Of a stretch of DNA of 64,000 nt, positions 18,065-26,847 are shown piece by piece. Source of the stretch: Oscillospiraceae bacterium (GTDB taxonomy: Bacteria > Bacillota > Clostridia > Oscillospirales > CAG-272); contig SVRK01000001.1 in NCBI GenBank assembly GCA_015064855.1, forward strand, positions 14,196 to 78,195, given 5' to 3'. The position numbers and the translations under genes were made by a program. Position 1 is the first letter of the stretch; every line of letters begins with the position of its first letter. The notes under the pieces are model-generated. The model did not search any database, was not told the DNA's origin, and saw nothing but the letters and a program-made list of their open reading frames with translations.

Positions 18065-18982
18065 ATGGATAGAAAACTTACAAGCATCGTATCCTATCCC
18101 GAGAGAGGCGAAGGCGGTAACAACCGTTACCGTGGCAATTGCTCTCCCAAGCTTATTGAGGATCTCATCGGTTTCTTCAGACCGACTGAGATTTGCGACT
18201 ATATGTGCGGCAGTGGGACGACCAAGGCTGCTGCAGATAAATGCGGTATCCAAAGTAAGCTCTACGACCTGCACAGCGGGTTCGATATAATGAATAGCGA
18301 CATCAAAGAGCGACCGGAATTCATATTCTGGCATCCTCCATACTGGGATATCATCGTTTATTCGGACGTTATGTATAAGGCATCTGAAGTTCAGAGTCAG
18401 TATGGGTACGATCCGCGCAAGCTGGATCTCTCCAGAATTCCAAGCTGGGAGAAGTTTGTTGAAGCAATGAATTACGCGATGATGAAGCAGTTCAGCTCCC
18501 TTGAAAAAGGAGGTCGTATGGCAGTCCTGATGGGCGATATCAAGAAACGTGGCAAGCTCTACAGTATGCTTTCTGAGATTGTAAAGCCGGGAACGCTTGA
18601 GAACATTATCATCAAAGCGCAGCACAATTGCTTCTCGGATAACACTCAGTACAGTGGCAAATTCATTCCAATACTTCACGAGTATGTGATGATTGTCCGT
18701 AAGGATTCGCCCCTTCTTGTTCCGGTTATCGTTGCAAAAGAGATGCAGGTTGATACAAGGGATATGGCAGGAGCTACGTGGAGAGATGTGGTTGCCGCAG
18801 TCCTTGAGGAGTGCTCCGAAGCTGTAACGCTTACATATCTCTATGAGCAGATAGAGTCTCATAAGAAAGCCAAGGCAAATAAACACTGGCGTGAGAAGAT
18901 CCGTCAGACTTTGCAAATCAATCCAAATCATTTCGCCCACACCGACCGTGGTATGTGGGTGCTCAGAAGAAAGGAAGCGTAA
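18065..18982 (+). CDS. Putative orphan DNA methyltransferase (motif I then motif IV, gamma-like order)
   Basis: The AdoMet motif is CDYMCGSGTTKAAA. About 40 aa later comes FIFWHPPYWDII, an xPPY catalytic motif with an unusual His. No restriction enzyme partner is seen. Confidence 0.55.
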   Translation: MDRKLTSIVSYPERGEGGNNRYRGNCSPKLIEDLIGFFRPTEICDYMCGSGTTKAAADKCGIQSKLYDLHSGFDIMNSDIKERPEFIFWHPPYWDIIVYSDVMYKASEVQSQYGYDPRKLDLSRIPSWEKFVEAMNYAMMKQFSSLEKGGRMAVLMGDIKKRGKLYSMLSEIVKPGTLENIIIKAQHNCFSDNTQYSGKFIPILHEYVMIVRKDSPLLVPVIVAKEMQVDTRDMAGATWRDVVAAVLEECSEAVTLTYLYEQIESHKKAKANKHWREKIRQTLQINPNHFAHTDRGMWVLRRKEA

Positions 18983-18983
18983 T

Positions 18984-19466
18984 ATGGATTACAAAAAGAT
19001 GGTCAACAATGCGTATAACAAGTACGTCAAAGATTGGTGCGGCGTGCGTGGTTACACTCCTTCGAACGTCGATCCCGAAATCGGTATCAACGGAGAATGC
19101 TACGTTTGCATCAGTGAGTTTGAGAGAAACGAGTTTCAGGATGAAGAATATATGTCAAGCATTCTTTCGGATTCCGAATTTGCACTTTGGCAATGCCGTG
19201 GAGAGTTTAAGAATATTTTTCTGAATAGCCTGATTTCTCGAATCTATTTCAGACAAAAAGCCGGACAGTTTTCGGAATGCCCCAGATGCGGAAGGACAAT
19301 GGATTCTCACCTGTCTCATAATTCCCTCAGCAGGCGTGCGACAATCTACGTTTGCTCCTCCTGCGGAACGCTTGAGGCCCTTGAGGATGCTCCCTTTGCG
19401 GAAATCGCAAAAATGCCGATTGAAGATTGGGAATTTGCTCAGAACGTGTCGTATGATATTGATTGA
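18984..19466 (+). CDS. Hypothetical zinc-ribbon protein
   Basis: The ATG at 18984 comes immediately after the MTase stop. Motif CPRCGRTMDSH...YVCSSCG. Confidence 0.5.
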   Translation: MDYKKMVNNAYNKYVKDWCGVRGYTPSNVDPEIGINGECYVCISEFERNEFQDEEYMSSILSDSEFALWQCRGEFKNIFLNSLISRIYFRQKAGQFSECPRCGRTMDSHLSHNSLSRRATIYVCSSCGTLEALEDAPFAEIAKMPIEDWEFAQNVSYDID

Positions 19467-19491
19467 CAAAACCCGATAAATATGTTATAAT
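19463..19491 (+). promoter_or_regulatory. Consensus sigma-A-type promoter
   Basis: TTGACA (19463-19468), 17 nt, TGtTATAAT (19483-19491). Confidence 0.65.
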
Positions 19492-19517
19492 TTCATAAAG
19501 AAACGAGGTAAATCAAT

Positions 19518-20348
19518 ATGGCTAAAAAAAGAGTTTGTGCGTATGTAAGATTGGCACCGCATCCTATGCCCGGTACACCGGACACAAGAGCTCTTCCTGC
19601 TTACTATGAAGCACTTATAAAACAGAATAAAGAGTGGGAGTTTGTTGGTGTTTATGTTGAAGCTGCAAACTCTATAAGCACGAAGCGTCCTGAACTCGAC
19701 AGATTGGTTACGGATTGCAAGGACCATAAGATTGATATCATTATGGTCCATCACCTTTCGGTTATCAATCACAATCTCCCCAAACTCAAGCGCTTTATCG
19801 ATGAGATGAAGGAGCTCGGCGTAACTGTGATCAGTGAAACCGAAGACGTTGAAAAGGTTCTGAGAACCGCTACGATGGCTCGCAATATGACTCACGCGAT
19901 GGAAGCACGAGAGCTGGAATTGGCAGAAGAAAACGTCCCCTTTGGATATAAACTCGTTGATGGCGAGCTTGTCATTGATGAATTTGAGTCCAAGATAGCA
20001 AAATATGTGTTCGACAAGAACTACGAGTACTATATGAATCCTCCCGAGGAAATCATTGAGGGTATCCTTGCAGAGCACGCAAATGATAATCCTCCGATGA
20101 CAAGAGAGAAAGCGTTCGAGAAGGCTCGTCTCAGTCCCTTGATTGGGCACTACATTACACGTGGAATTTACGAAGAATTCGGCGACGAAATTCGTGAATG
20201 GGCAAAAAAACAACCTGGCGCATCGGAGATTGAAAAGCAAGTTAAAGAGCTTCAGGGATATGCGTCGGTACATGGATTTACAACTTCCGAACCGATCATA
20301 TCGCCATCAGTCTACGAGCGTGTGCAGCGTATTCTGAACAAAAAATAA
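19518..20348 (+). CDS. Resolvase-domain homologue lacking the catalytic serine and arginines (pseudo-recombinase)
   Basis: RVCAYVRLAPHP stands where serine recombinases have Y-x-R-x-S. KRPELDRLV is retained, but the D-R-x-S-R region reads VHHLSVINHNL. For comparison, see the three intact recombinases at 38164-43074. Confidence 0.6.
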   Translation: MAKKRVCAYVRLAPHPMPGTPDTRALPAYYEALIKQNKEWEFVGVYVEAANSISTKRPELDRLVTDCKDHKIDIIMVHHLSVINHNLPKLKRFIDEMKELGVTVISETEDVEKVLRTATMARNMTHAMEARELELAEENVPFGYKLVDGELVIDEFESKIAKYVFDKNYEYYMNPPEEIIEGILAEHANDNPPMTREKAFEKARLSPLIGHYITRGIYEEFGDEIREWAKKQPGASEIEKQVKELQGYASVHGFTTSEPIISPSVYERVQRILNKK

Positions 20349-20364
20349 GTTCTAAATCACAATG

Positions 20365-20400
20365 GGGTTGAGGTCAATTACGGCTTCAACCCTTTTTGTT
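20365..20400 (+). terminator. Intrinsic terminator
   Basis: GGGTTGAGG (20365-20373) pairs with CTTCAACCC (20384-20392), followed by a T-run. Confidence 0.6.
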
Positions 20401-20444
20401 TTGTCATCATTGTGCCACGGCTCTGCCATATCGGGCAGAAGCCA

Positions 20445-20625
20445 TTGACGATGCTTTTTTGTTCTGGTATAATGTGTACATAACCTTCATGTTTGCCTCG
20501 AGCAAAAATAGTTGATCCGTGTTACTTAGTGTCAGTACTACCCCTTTGGGAGTGTTGGCATTTTTTGTTTCCGGGCCTTATAATTTGGGCATAAACCATC
20601 AATCTTTCGGGATTGGTGGTTTTTG
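20445..20625 (+). promoter_or_regulatory. Promoter-leader-terminator module, copy B, plus a second terminator
   Basis: Promoter TTGACG (20445-20450), 17 nt, TGgTATAAT (20465-20473). The 62-nt block 20464-20525 is identical to copy A. The first stem is 20529-20538 with 20552-20561 plus a T-run. The second hairpin is CCATCAATC/GATTGGTGG (20596-20619) plus TTTTT. Confidence 0.7.
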
Positions 20626-20671
20626 TTATATATTAAGCGGATTACCGCAATAAACGAAAGGAGCATGTATT

Positions 20672-21811
20672 ATGCAAAAATGTCAGGACAGCTACTACGC
20701 AACCTTCACGTCCTACCCGATGATGCTTGATTATCACAGAGAGCAGACGAAGAACAGCCAGTGGAAGAAAAGCCAGGTGAAATTGCTTGGCGTAGAACCG
20801 CTTGACCGTTCGTCCCCCCTTTTTACTGATTTGAGCGCATTTGCGGCAGGTACCTCGCAAGAGGCCGTACAGGATACGGCGTGCAATCTCGGGCTCGCGA
20901 TGAGAGTGGACGGTGAGCTTTATCCCGTTCGTATGACGGCTTACAAAAGCCTTCTCGACAGAGCCAAAATCGGAGGCACGGCACTTCCGAAATTACCGAG
21001 GAAGATTCTTGCCGAAACCCTCAATGCATGTCTTCAGCTCTATTCCTCGGATGCCCTCGTTCTTATCAGAGACGAAAAGATCTCTGCTGTTCACTCAGGT
21101 GATACGGTAGATTATTCCGTCCTCCCGATAGACGAGCTGATCGAGACGCTGAAGAGAAAACTCGATGCGCGTTTCCCGGACAATGAATTTGACACGGGTT
21201 ACTGCGATCACTCCTTGACAGGAGCAGCTTGGAGAATGCCGAAGCAGAAGGATGACCTTCTCGGAACCTATTCAAGAATGCTTGCGGCTCAAGGAAAAAC
21301 CAAGCTCGCCGACAAACTGATACCCGGAGTGAGATTCATCACATCAGATACCGGAATTGCATCGGCAAAAGTATCTGCCTTGCTTGTAGGCGGTGCGCAT
21401 CCCATCCATATTGGTGGATGCATTTCCGTTGACCACAGACACGGCACCAAAATTTCCGACTTTGAAAAGGAGCTTGACCAGCTCTTTGCGCAGTTCGGAA
21501 AAAGCATCGGTCAGTTGCAAAATCTGCTTAATATTCAGCTCGATTATCCGATCAACGCCATGACGCGCATTTGCAAGAAGTTCAGTATGCCCAAGAAGGC
21601 AGCACTTGAAGCAATTGCAATGTTTGAAATGGCAATAGGATCCTCCGGCGCAACCGCACACGACGTGTTTATGGCTATGCAGGAGATCCCCTTCATTCTC
21701 AAGACCGAGAATACTCCCGAAGCGAAGATGCTTACCATAGAGGAAAATATGGCAAGGGCTCTGACGATCAACTGGAAGGAGTATGATCTTGCAAAGGCGG
21801 TGACGTACTAA
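20672..21811 (+). CDS. Hypothetical protein (possibly a DUF932/DUF945-like phage/plasmid protein; not verifiable here)
   Basis: AAGGAG lies 8 nt upstream of the ATG. It is the first gene after leader copy B, and its stop overlaps the next start. Confidence 0.5.
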   Translation: MQKCQDSYYATFTSYPMMLDYHREQTKNSQWKKSQVKLLGVEPLDRSSPLFTDLSAFAAGTSQEAVQDTACNLGLAMRVDGELYPVRMTAYKSLLDRAKIGGTALPKLPRKILAETLNACLQLYSSDALVLIRDEKISAVHSGDTVDYSVLPIDELIETLKRKLDARFPDNEFDTGYCDHSLTGAAWRMPKQKDDLLGTYSRMLAAQGKTKLADKLIPGVRFITSDTGIASAKVSALLVGGAHPIHIGGCISVDHRHGTKISDFEKELDQLFAQFGKSIGQLQNLLNIQLDYPINAMTRICKKFSMPKKAALEAIAMFEMAIGSSGATAHDVFMAMQEIPFILKTENTPEAKMLTIEENMARALTINWKEYDLAKAVTY

Positions 21812-22845
21812 TGGCAGCACCGATTCTTCTTTGCGATACCAAAGGAATGAGTAACGAAAGATGGCTTCAGTGCAGAGCGCACGGACCGAAAGGAGATATT
21901 CCATACACGGTTGGTGGCAGCGACGTCGCGGCAATCTTTGGCGTCTCTCCCTGGACAACACCTCTTGAGCATTGGATGGTCAAAAAAGGCAGAATTAAGA
22001 ATCCCCCTAAACCCAATCCCGATCAGCTTCAGATGGGACATCTCCTCGAGCCGATAGCAGCCTATTGGTACGAAAAGAAAACCGGTCACACAGTCATTGA
22101 TGATACGAATATGTATCAGCACGCAGATTTTCCCTTTGCGCTTGCTGACTTTGACAGACGGTTTATACGTGCTGACGGTGAGCCCGGCATACTCGAGTGT
22201 AAAAGCTGTTCTTATCACAAAGCGAGTTCTTGGGCAGATGGACAAATCCCTTTGTACTACGAGCTTCAATTGCGCTTTTATCTTGCCGTTGCAGACGTAA
22301 ACCACGGAGCATTTTCTGCAGTCTGGGGAAACAACCCTGAAACAGATCTTGCACTTCCCACACTGGAACGAGATAAAGCGAAGGAAGATATGATTTTCGA
22401 GCGCCTTGAACAATGGATCTGGAGTCTTGAGCACGACGTTCCTCCCACGATGGAAGGAATCGCTCCCAAACTGGCTTTGGATTCGCTTGCAAAAATCTAC
22501 GGTGCAAGTCAACCTGCGCTTCCTACAATTGAGTTCCCGATGAAGTACGAAAAATACCTGCGCCGAATGGTCGCTCTTCAGGGCGAGATCGGCGAACACG
22601 AAGAAGAAATTAAAAGACTACTGAAGGAGGTAGAAGCACATTCAGTGCGAATTGCCGAAGTTATGAAGGCACACGAACACGGCGTTCTTGAAACGACCAC
22701 CGATAAGTTCCTGATTGACTTCGTTACCAAAACAAGTACACGAACGGATACGACCGGCCTTAAAAAGAAGTATCCACTTATCTATGACGAGTTCAGAAGC
22801 TCGTCAACGAGCCGAAAGATGAAAGTCTCCGTTCAACCATTATAA
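21811..22845 (+). CDS. YqaJ-like (lambda-exonuclease fold) recombination exonuclease
   Basis: Motifs TVGGSDVAAIFGVSPWTTPLEHW and PGILECKSCS (the ExK of the PD-(D/E)XK core). It has a C-terminal coiled-coil extension. Confidence 0.75.
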   Translation: MAAPILLCDTKGMSNERWLQCRAHGPKGDIPYTVGGSDVAAIFGVSPWTTPLEHWMVKKGRIKNPPKPNPDQLQMGHLLEPIAAYWYEKKTGHTVIDDTNMYQHADFPFALADFDRRFIRADGEPGILECKSCSYHKASSWADGQIPLYYELQLRFYLAVADVNHGAFSAVWGNNPETDLALPTLERDKAKEDMIFERLEQWIWSLEHDVPPTMEGIAPKLALDSLAKIYGASQPALPTIEFPMKYEKYLRRMVALQGEIGEHEEEIKRLLKEVEAHSVRIAEVMKAHEHGVLETTTDKFLIDFVTKTSTRTDTTGLKKKYPLIYDEFRSSSTSRKMKVSVQPL

Positions 22846-22860
22846 GAGAAGGAGTTTTCT

Positions 22861-23415
22861 ATGTTCGATTTTAAGCTCACAAATCACAAAATGCTTGAGT
22901 CCTATTGGGCTCAGCTTATGATGTACAACATGATGCTCACAGGCGATAAAACACCCACGGCATACGTATGCTCGCCACTCAGAGCCGACACTCAACACGG
23001 AGTTGAAATGAATATGTCGGCTGTGAGAGCTTATATGTGCTATGCATTTGTCCAGCTCGGCATCAACGCGCAAGCACCGCACGCTTTTCTTCCGTACTTT
23101 TTGGATGACAATAATCCTACGGAGAGGCAGCTTGCACTCGATGTCGGTCTCGCAATGTTGCGCAAGTGTAGTATCCTGCTTGTGTGCGGAAACAGAATCA
23201 GTATGGGTATGAGAGGCGAAATCCGAGAGGCTGCTAAGCTCGGAAAGGAGATACGGGTTTATTCCCGCGACATCTTAGACGAAGTAATTGCTATTGTCAA
23301 GGAATCGGGACTTACTCATGGCTCCGTAACGATTGAAGAAGAGCATTCTTATCTTGCACTCCCGGCAGAAGCAATCATACCGACTGATCGGAAAGGAGCA
23401 GACGATGTTATGTGA
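22861..23415 (+). CDS. Hypothetical protein, possibly nucleoside 2-deoxyribosyltransferase-like (DUF4406-type)
   Basis: There is only a weak pattern resemblance (YVCSPLRAD..., ILLVCGNRISMGMRGEIREAAKLGKEIRVY). Confidence 0.35.
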   Translation: MFDFKLTNHKMLESYWAQLMMYNMMLTGDKTPTAYVCSPLRADTQHGVEMNMSAVRAYMCYAFVQLGINAQAPHAFLPYFLDDNNPTERQLALDVGLAMLRKCSILLVCGNRISMGMRGEIREAAKLGKEIRVYSRDILDEVIAIVKESGLTHGSVTIEEEHSYLALPAEAIIPTDRKGADDVM

Positions 23416-25585
23416 ATTCCAAAGGCTCATATACCCACAAAGCGTACAGCTTGCCAATCCCGGAACCTATATGGTGGCTGTTTATAACCCCTGCGAAAAG
23501 GTCTACGATGGCGCAGGCAAACTCGTTACGCAGATAAAGGCAGTTGGCTATTGTTTGCCTCTGTCTGACAAACTCAGATACGATATTCAAGGTCGTTGGA
23601 GCAAAAGTGCTAAGCACGGCGTTCAGTTTGAGGTTGAAAACTACGATGAGATAATCATTCCATCCAAGGAAGGCATCATAGCTTATCTTTGTTCGGGACA
23701 GATTAAAGGCATCGGTCCGAAGACCGCAGAGCGAGTGTATGATGCATTTGGAGATCTTGCGCTTGAGGTGTTGGATAAGGAACCCGAAAGGTTCCTTTCC
23801 ATCCCCGGCATCAGCACAGGAAAGCTCCAAAAGATTATCGATTCGTATCTTATGAATCGAGGCGCACGCGACGTTGTTGCATTCCTCACACCTTATGGCA
23901 TAACAGCAAACCGAGCAGTTAAGTTCTATCGTCAATATGGCAAGAACACTCTCGAGATCGTCAAGAATCACCCCTACAAGCTCTGCGAGATTTCTGGTAT
24001 AGGTTTTCTAACTGCCGACAAAATCGCACTGAGTATGGGGATGAGCAAGCTTGCTCCCGAGCGAGTTGACGAGGGTTTGCTATACACGTTGGTGGAAGCT
24101 GAAGGTAAAGGACATTTGTGCCTTGAAAAACACGCATTTATCAAGGCTTGTTTGAAGCTTCTTGATACCGAAGGGCTTACCGAGGATATGGCAGCAAACC
24201 GCGCTATGAGGCTCGTTCAGGAAGGTGATCTTCTGTGCTATGACGGAAACGTTTACCGTGCAAAGACGGCCCGTACCGAGTTCCAACTCGCAAAGGCTGT
24301 TCTGGGGCAAATTAAGAGCCCTCACGGGCGTTTTTACGCAAACCTTGAGCAAGACCTCGATCTCGAAGAAAAGCGCTTAGGATTTAGATTAGCGCCCGAG
24401 CAGAGGGATGCTGTAAAGGTAGCCCTAACCAGTGGACTTTCCATCATAACCGGAGGTCCCGGTACAGGAAAAACCTGCGTACAGCGTGCAATCCTTGATA
24501 TTTATCAAAAGTATTATCCTAACGCAGAAATATGCTGCTGTGCTCCGACCGGACGTGCTGCAAGAAGGATGAATCAGTCCACCGGACATGAGGCGTCCAC
24601 CGTTCACAAAGCGCTTTGCTTATATGCAGGGGACGACGGAATGTTTTGTTCACCCAAAGATATGGATGCAGACCTCATTCTCGTAGACGAGGTATCTATG
24701 CTCGATATTTATTTGGCGAACCACTTGTTCTCCGCAGTTAAGAATGGCGCTCAGCTTGTTCTTATTGGAGATGCGGATCAGTTACCTTCGGTAGGTCCCG
24801 GCGCAGTACTCAGTGAGCTAATCGCTTCGGGATGTGTTCCTACCGTAAGACTCGACCGAGTATTTCGTCAGAACGCAGGCAGCAGAATAGCGACAAACGC
24901 AAAGCTCATCCGTCACGGTAATCTGAGTCTGGAGTATGGAAGCGATTTTCAGTTCATAGATTCTCCCGAACTGGCTGAATCAGCGAACACCATAGTCGAT
25001 CTGTATATGCGAGAGGTCGCATTGCACGGAGTAGACAACGTGGCGCTCCTTACTCCATACCGACAAAGAACCGAAACGGGTGTAAATGCACTCAACGAAC
25101 TTATTCGGGATAAGGTTAATCCTCCCGACAGTTCAAAAAAAGAAACCCCTGATGGCAAGCGCAAATTCCGTGAGGGTGACAAGGTTATGCAATTCCGAAA
25201 CCACGAAGACGTTAGCAATGGTGACATCGGTTATATCACCAAGATAGTAACCGTAAATAATGACGTGATTGTGCAAATAAATTTCGGAGATGGTAGAATT
25301 AAGGAGTATGACTCGTGTGATTTAGATATGATAGACCTTGGATATGCATCCACCGTCCATAAATCACAGGGGGATGAATACAAAACCGTAATTCTCAACC
25401 TTCAAACCGCCCATTTCATTATGCTTACAAGACCTCTGATATATACCGCGATCACTCGTGGGAAATCGAAGGTTATTATTGTAGGCGAGCGAAAGGCGCA
25501 ATGCATTGCCATCAACAAAACTGATACCGAACGACGCGGGACCTGCCTTGCGAAACGAATGCAGGAATTACAATTAAAGGAGTAA
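23405..25585 (+). CDS. recD2: RecD2-like SF1 DNA helicase
   Basis: HhH regions are IKGIGPKTAERVYDAFG and ISGIGFLTADKIA. Helicase motifs are SIITGGPGTGKTC, ILVDEVSMLD, LIGDADQLPSVGPG and ASTVHKSQGDEY. The start at 23405 follows AAAGGAG. Confidence 0.85.
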   Translation: MLCEFQRLIYPQSVQLANPGTYMVAVYNPCEKVYDGAGKLVTQIKAVGYCLPLSDKLRYDIQGRWSKSAKHGVQFEVENYDEIIIPSKEGIIAYLCSGQIKGIGPKTAERVYDAFGDLALEVLDKEPERFLSIPGISTGKLQKIIDSYLMNRGARDVVAFLTPYGITANRAVKFYRQYGKNTLEIVKNHPYKLCEISGIGFLTADKIALSMGMSKLAPERVDEGLLYTLVEAEGKGHLCLEKHAFIKACLKLLDTEGLTEDMAANRAMRLVQEGDLLCYDGNVYRAKTARTEFQLAKAVLGQIKSPHGRFYANLEQDLDLEEKRLGFRLAPEQRDAVKVALTSGLSIITGGPGTGKTCVQRAILDIYQKYYPNAEICCCAPTGRAARRMNQSTGHEASTVHKALCLYAGDDGMFCSPKDMDADLILVDEVSMLDIYLANHLFSAVKNGAQLVLIGDADQLPSVGPGAVLSELIASGCVPTVRLDRVFRQNAGSRIATNAKLIRHGNLSLEYGSDFQFIDSPELAESANTIVDLYMREVALHGVDNVALLTPYRQRTETGVNALNELIRDKVNPPDSSKKETPDGKRKFREGDKVMQFRNHEDVSNGDIGYITKIVTVNNDVIVQINFGDGRIKEYDSCDLDMIDLGYASTVHKSQGDEYKTVILNLQTAHFIMLTRPLIYTAITRGKSKVIIVGERKAQCIAINKTDTERRGTCLAKRMQELQLKE

Positions 25586-25589
25586 CGAT

Positions 25590-26030
25590 ATGAAATTGAT
25601 CGATCAATATAAGGGCTTACACAAGCAGCTCGAAGAAAAGCTTTCTGCAGGTACAATCAAGCTTGAGGAACTCTGTGTTCTTCAGGAGGTGAAGTATCGC
25701 ATTTGTGTGCTGGACACGCTCAGAGCATTCTGCACGTCCGCACCGAAGACAACGGATACCACTCAGCTCTGTTATCACTACCAACTTGTCGCTTCTTACC
25801 TGAAGTTCATCTGCTGCGAGCGCAGACTCGGTACCAAGACGGATGACGATGGTCAAAAGAAGCGTGAGACCGCAGGAGTGAGTCTGGAGCGAGTTGTCAC
25901 AGACTGGACGAAGCGCTTTGGAAGCTTCAAAGCAGATAACGAAGAGATTTACAAAACCAGAATTGTCGAATTCATCAATGCGGTCCTGAGCGTCTGGGTT
26001 CAGTATCGTAACACCTATATCAACATTTAA
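25590..26030 (+). CDS. Hypothetical protein
   Basis: AAAGGAG lies upstream of the ATG; the gene is co-oriented in the operon. Confidence 0.5.
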   Translation: MKLIDQYKGLHKQLEEKLSAGTIKLEELCVLQEVKYRICVLDTLRAFCTSAPKTTDTTQLCYHYQLVASYLKFICCERRLGTKTDDDGQKKRETAGVSLERVVTDWTKRFGSFKADNEEIYKTRIVEFINAVLSVWVQYRNTYINI

Positions 26031-26041
26031 GGAGGCTTATT

Positions 26042-26797
26042 ATGAGTCAGAACAATGATACAATGCAGGCTATGCTTCAAAAGATAGGAACCATAAACGC
26101 GGTGGACGGCTTTGATCCCTCTGTGTTTGCGGTTGAGTTTACCGATATGAACACCAACGAAAAAAGGATGCGTCTCCCGGTCGTTATCCAAATTTCTTGG
26201 TTCAGACTGATGTACCCGCAAGGTAGAATTGCCGTAAAGGTCGAGCCCGGTCGTGATTGCTTTGTAGCAACCGCGAGGATCTACCTTGATCGCAACGATG
26301 CTGCAGACAATTACGTTGCCGAGGCAACAGCTTCGAGGGGAAAGTGTCCCGAGAAGCCCTCTGTTTCCCCTCGAGAGTGGGCGCAGACGGCGGCAATCGG
26401 CATTGCGCTTAAAAACGCGGGCTTCGGATTGCAATTTGCTCTCGCAGGAGAAGACTTCGCAGCAATTGCACCCGACGAGTTTGGTGCAGATGAGAGCGAG
26501 GTCCCCGTAATTCGCACGGAGTCATCTGAGTCTGGAGACGAAGTATCTGCCACACAGGACGACTATGAGGTTATCACACCTGCTGCACCTGTAGAGCTCA
26601 CACCTGAGCAAAAGTATGAGGCAGCACTGAAAACAGCTTGTCCTATCACCAAGTTTGCCGGGAAAACACTCGGCGACCTTATTACACTTGATCCCGGGGC
26701 TCTTAAGTGGATTGCAACCAAATTCACGTCAGATCCCAAAATCCAGGAAGCCGCAAAATTCATCTGCGAATATGCAGTTGAGCAGGCGTCCGCGTAA
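26042..26797 (+). CDS. Hypothetical protein, possibly a Rad52/Sak-like single-strand annealing protein
   Basis: AAGGAGG lies upstream. The N-terminal half ends in AAIGIALKNAGFGLQFA, reminiscent of Rad52-type SSAPs. An exonuclease gene is in the same operon. The assignment is weak. Confidence 0.4.
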   Translation: MSQNNDTMQAMLQKIGTINAVDGFDPSVFAVEFTDMNTNEKRMRLPVVIQISWFRLMYPQGRIAVKVEPGRDCFVATARIYLDRNDAADNYVAEATASRGKCPEKPSVSPREWAQTAAIGIALKNAGFGLQFALAGEDFAAIAPDEFGADESEVPVIRTESSESGDEVSATQDDYEVITPAAPVELTPEQKYEAALKTACPITKFAGKTLGDLITLDPGALKWIATKFTSDPKIQEAAKFICEYAVEQASA

Positions 26798-26847
26798 ACT
26801 AAAACGATTCGGGGATAGCTTCGGTTATCCCCGAGAAGGAGGTAAGA

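Noticed and set aside
18023-18940. A 305-aa minus-strand ORF that mirrors the methyltransferase ORF almost exactly.
   Set aside because: It is antisense to a plus-strand ORF that carries clear AdoMet and xPPY motifs. It has no SD and no motif, and its composition is skewed toward Cys, His and Arg. It is a shadow ORF.
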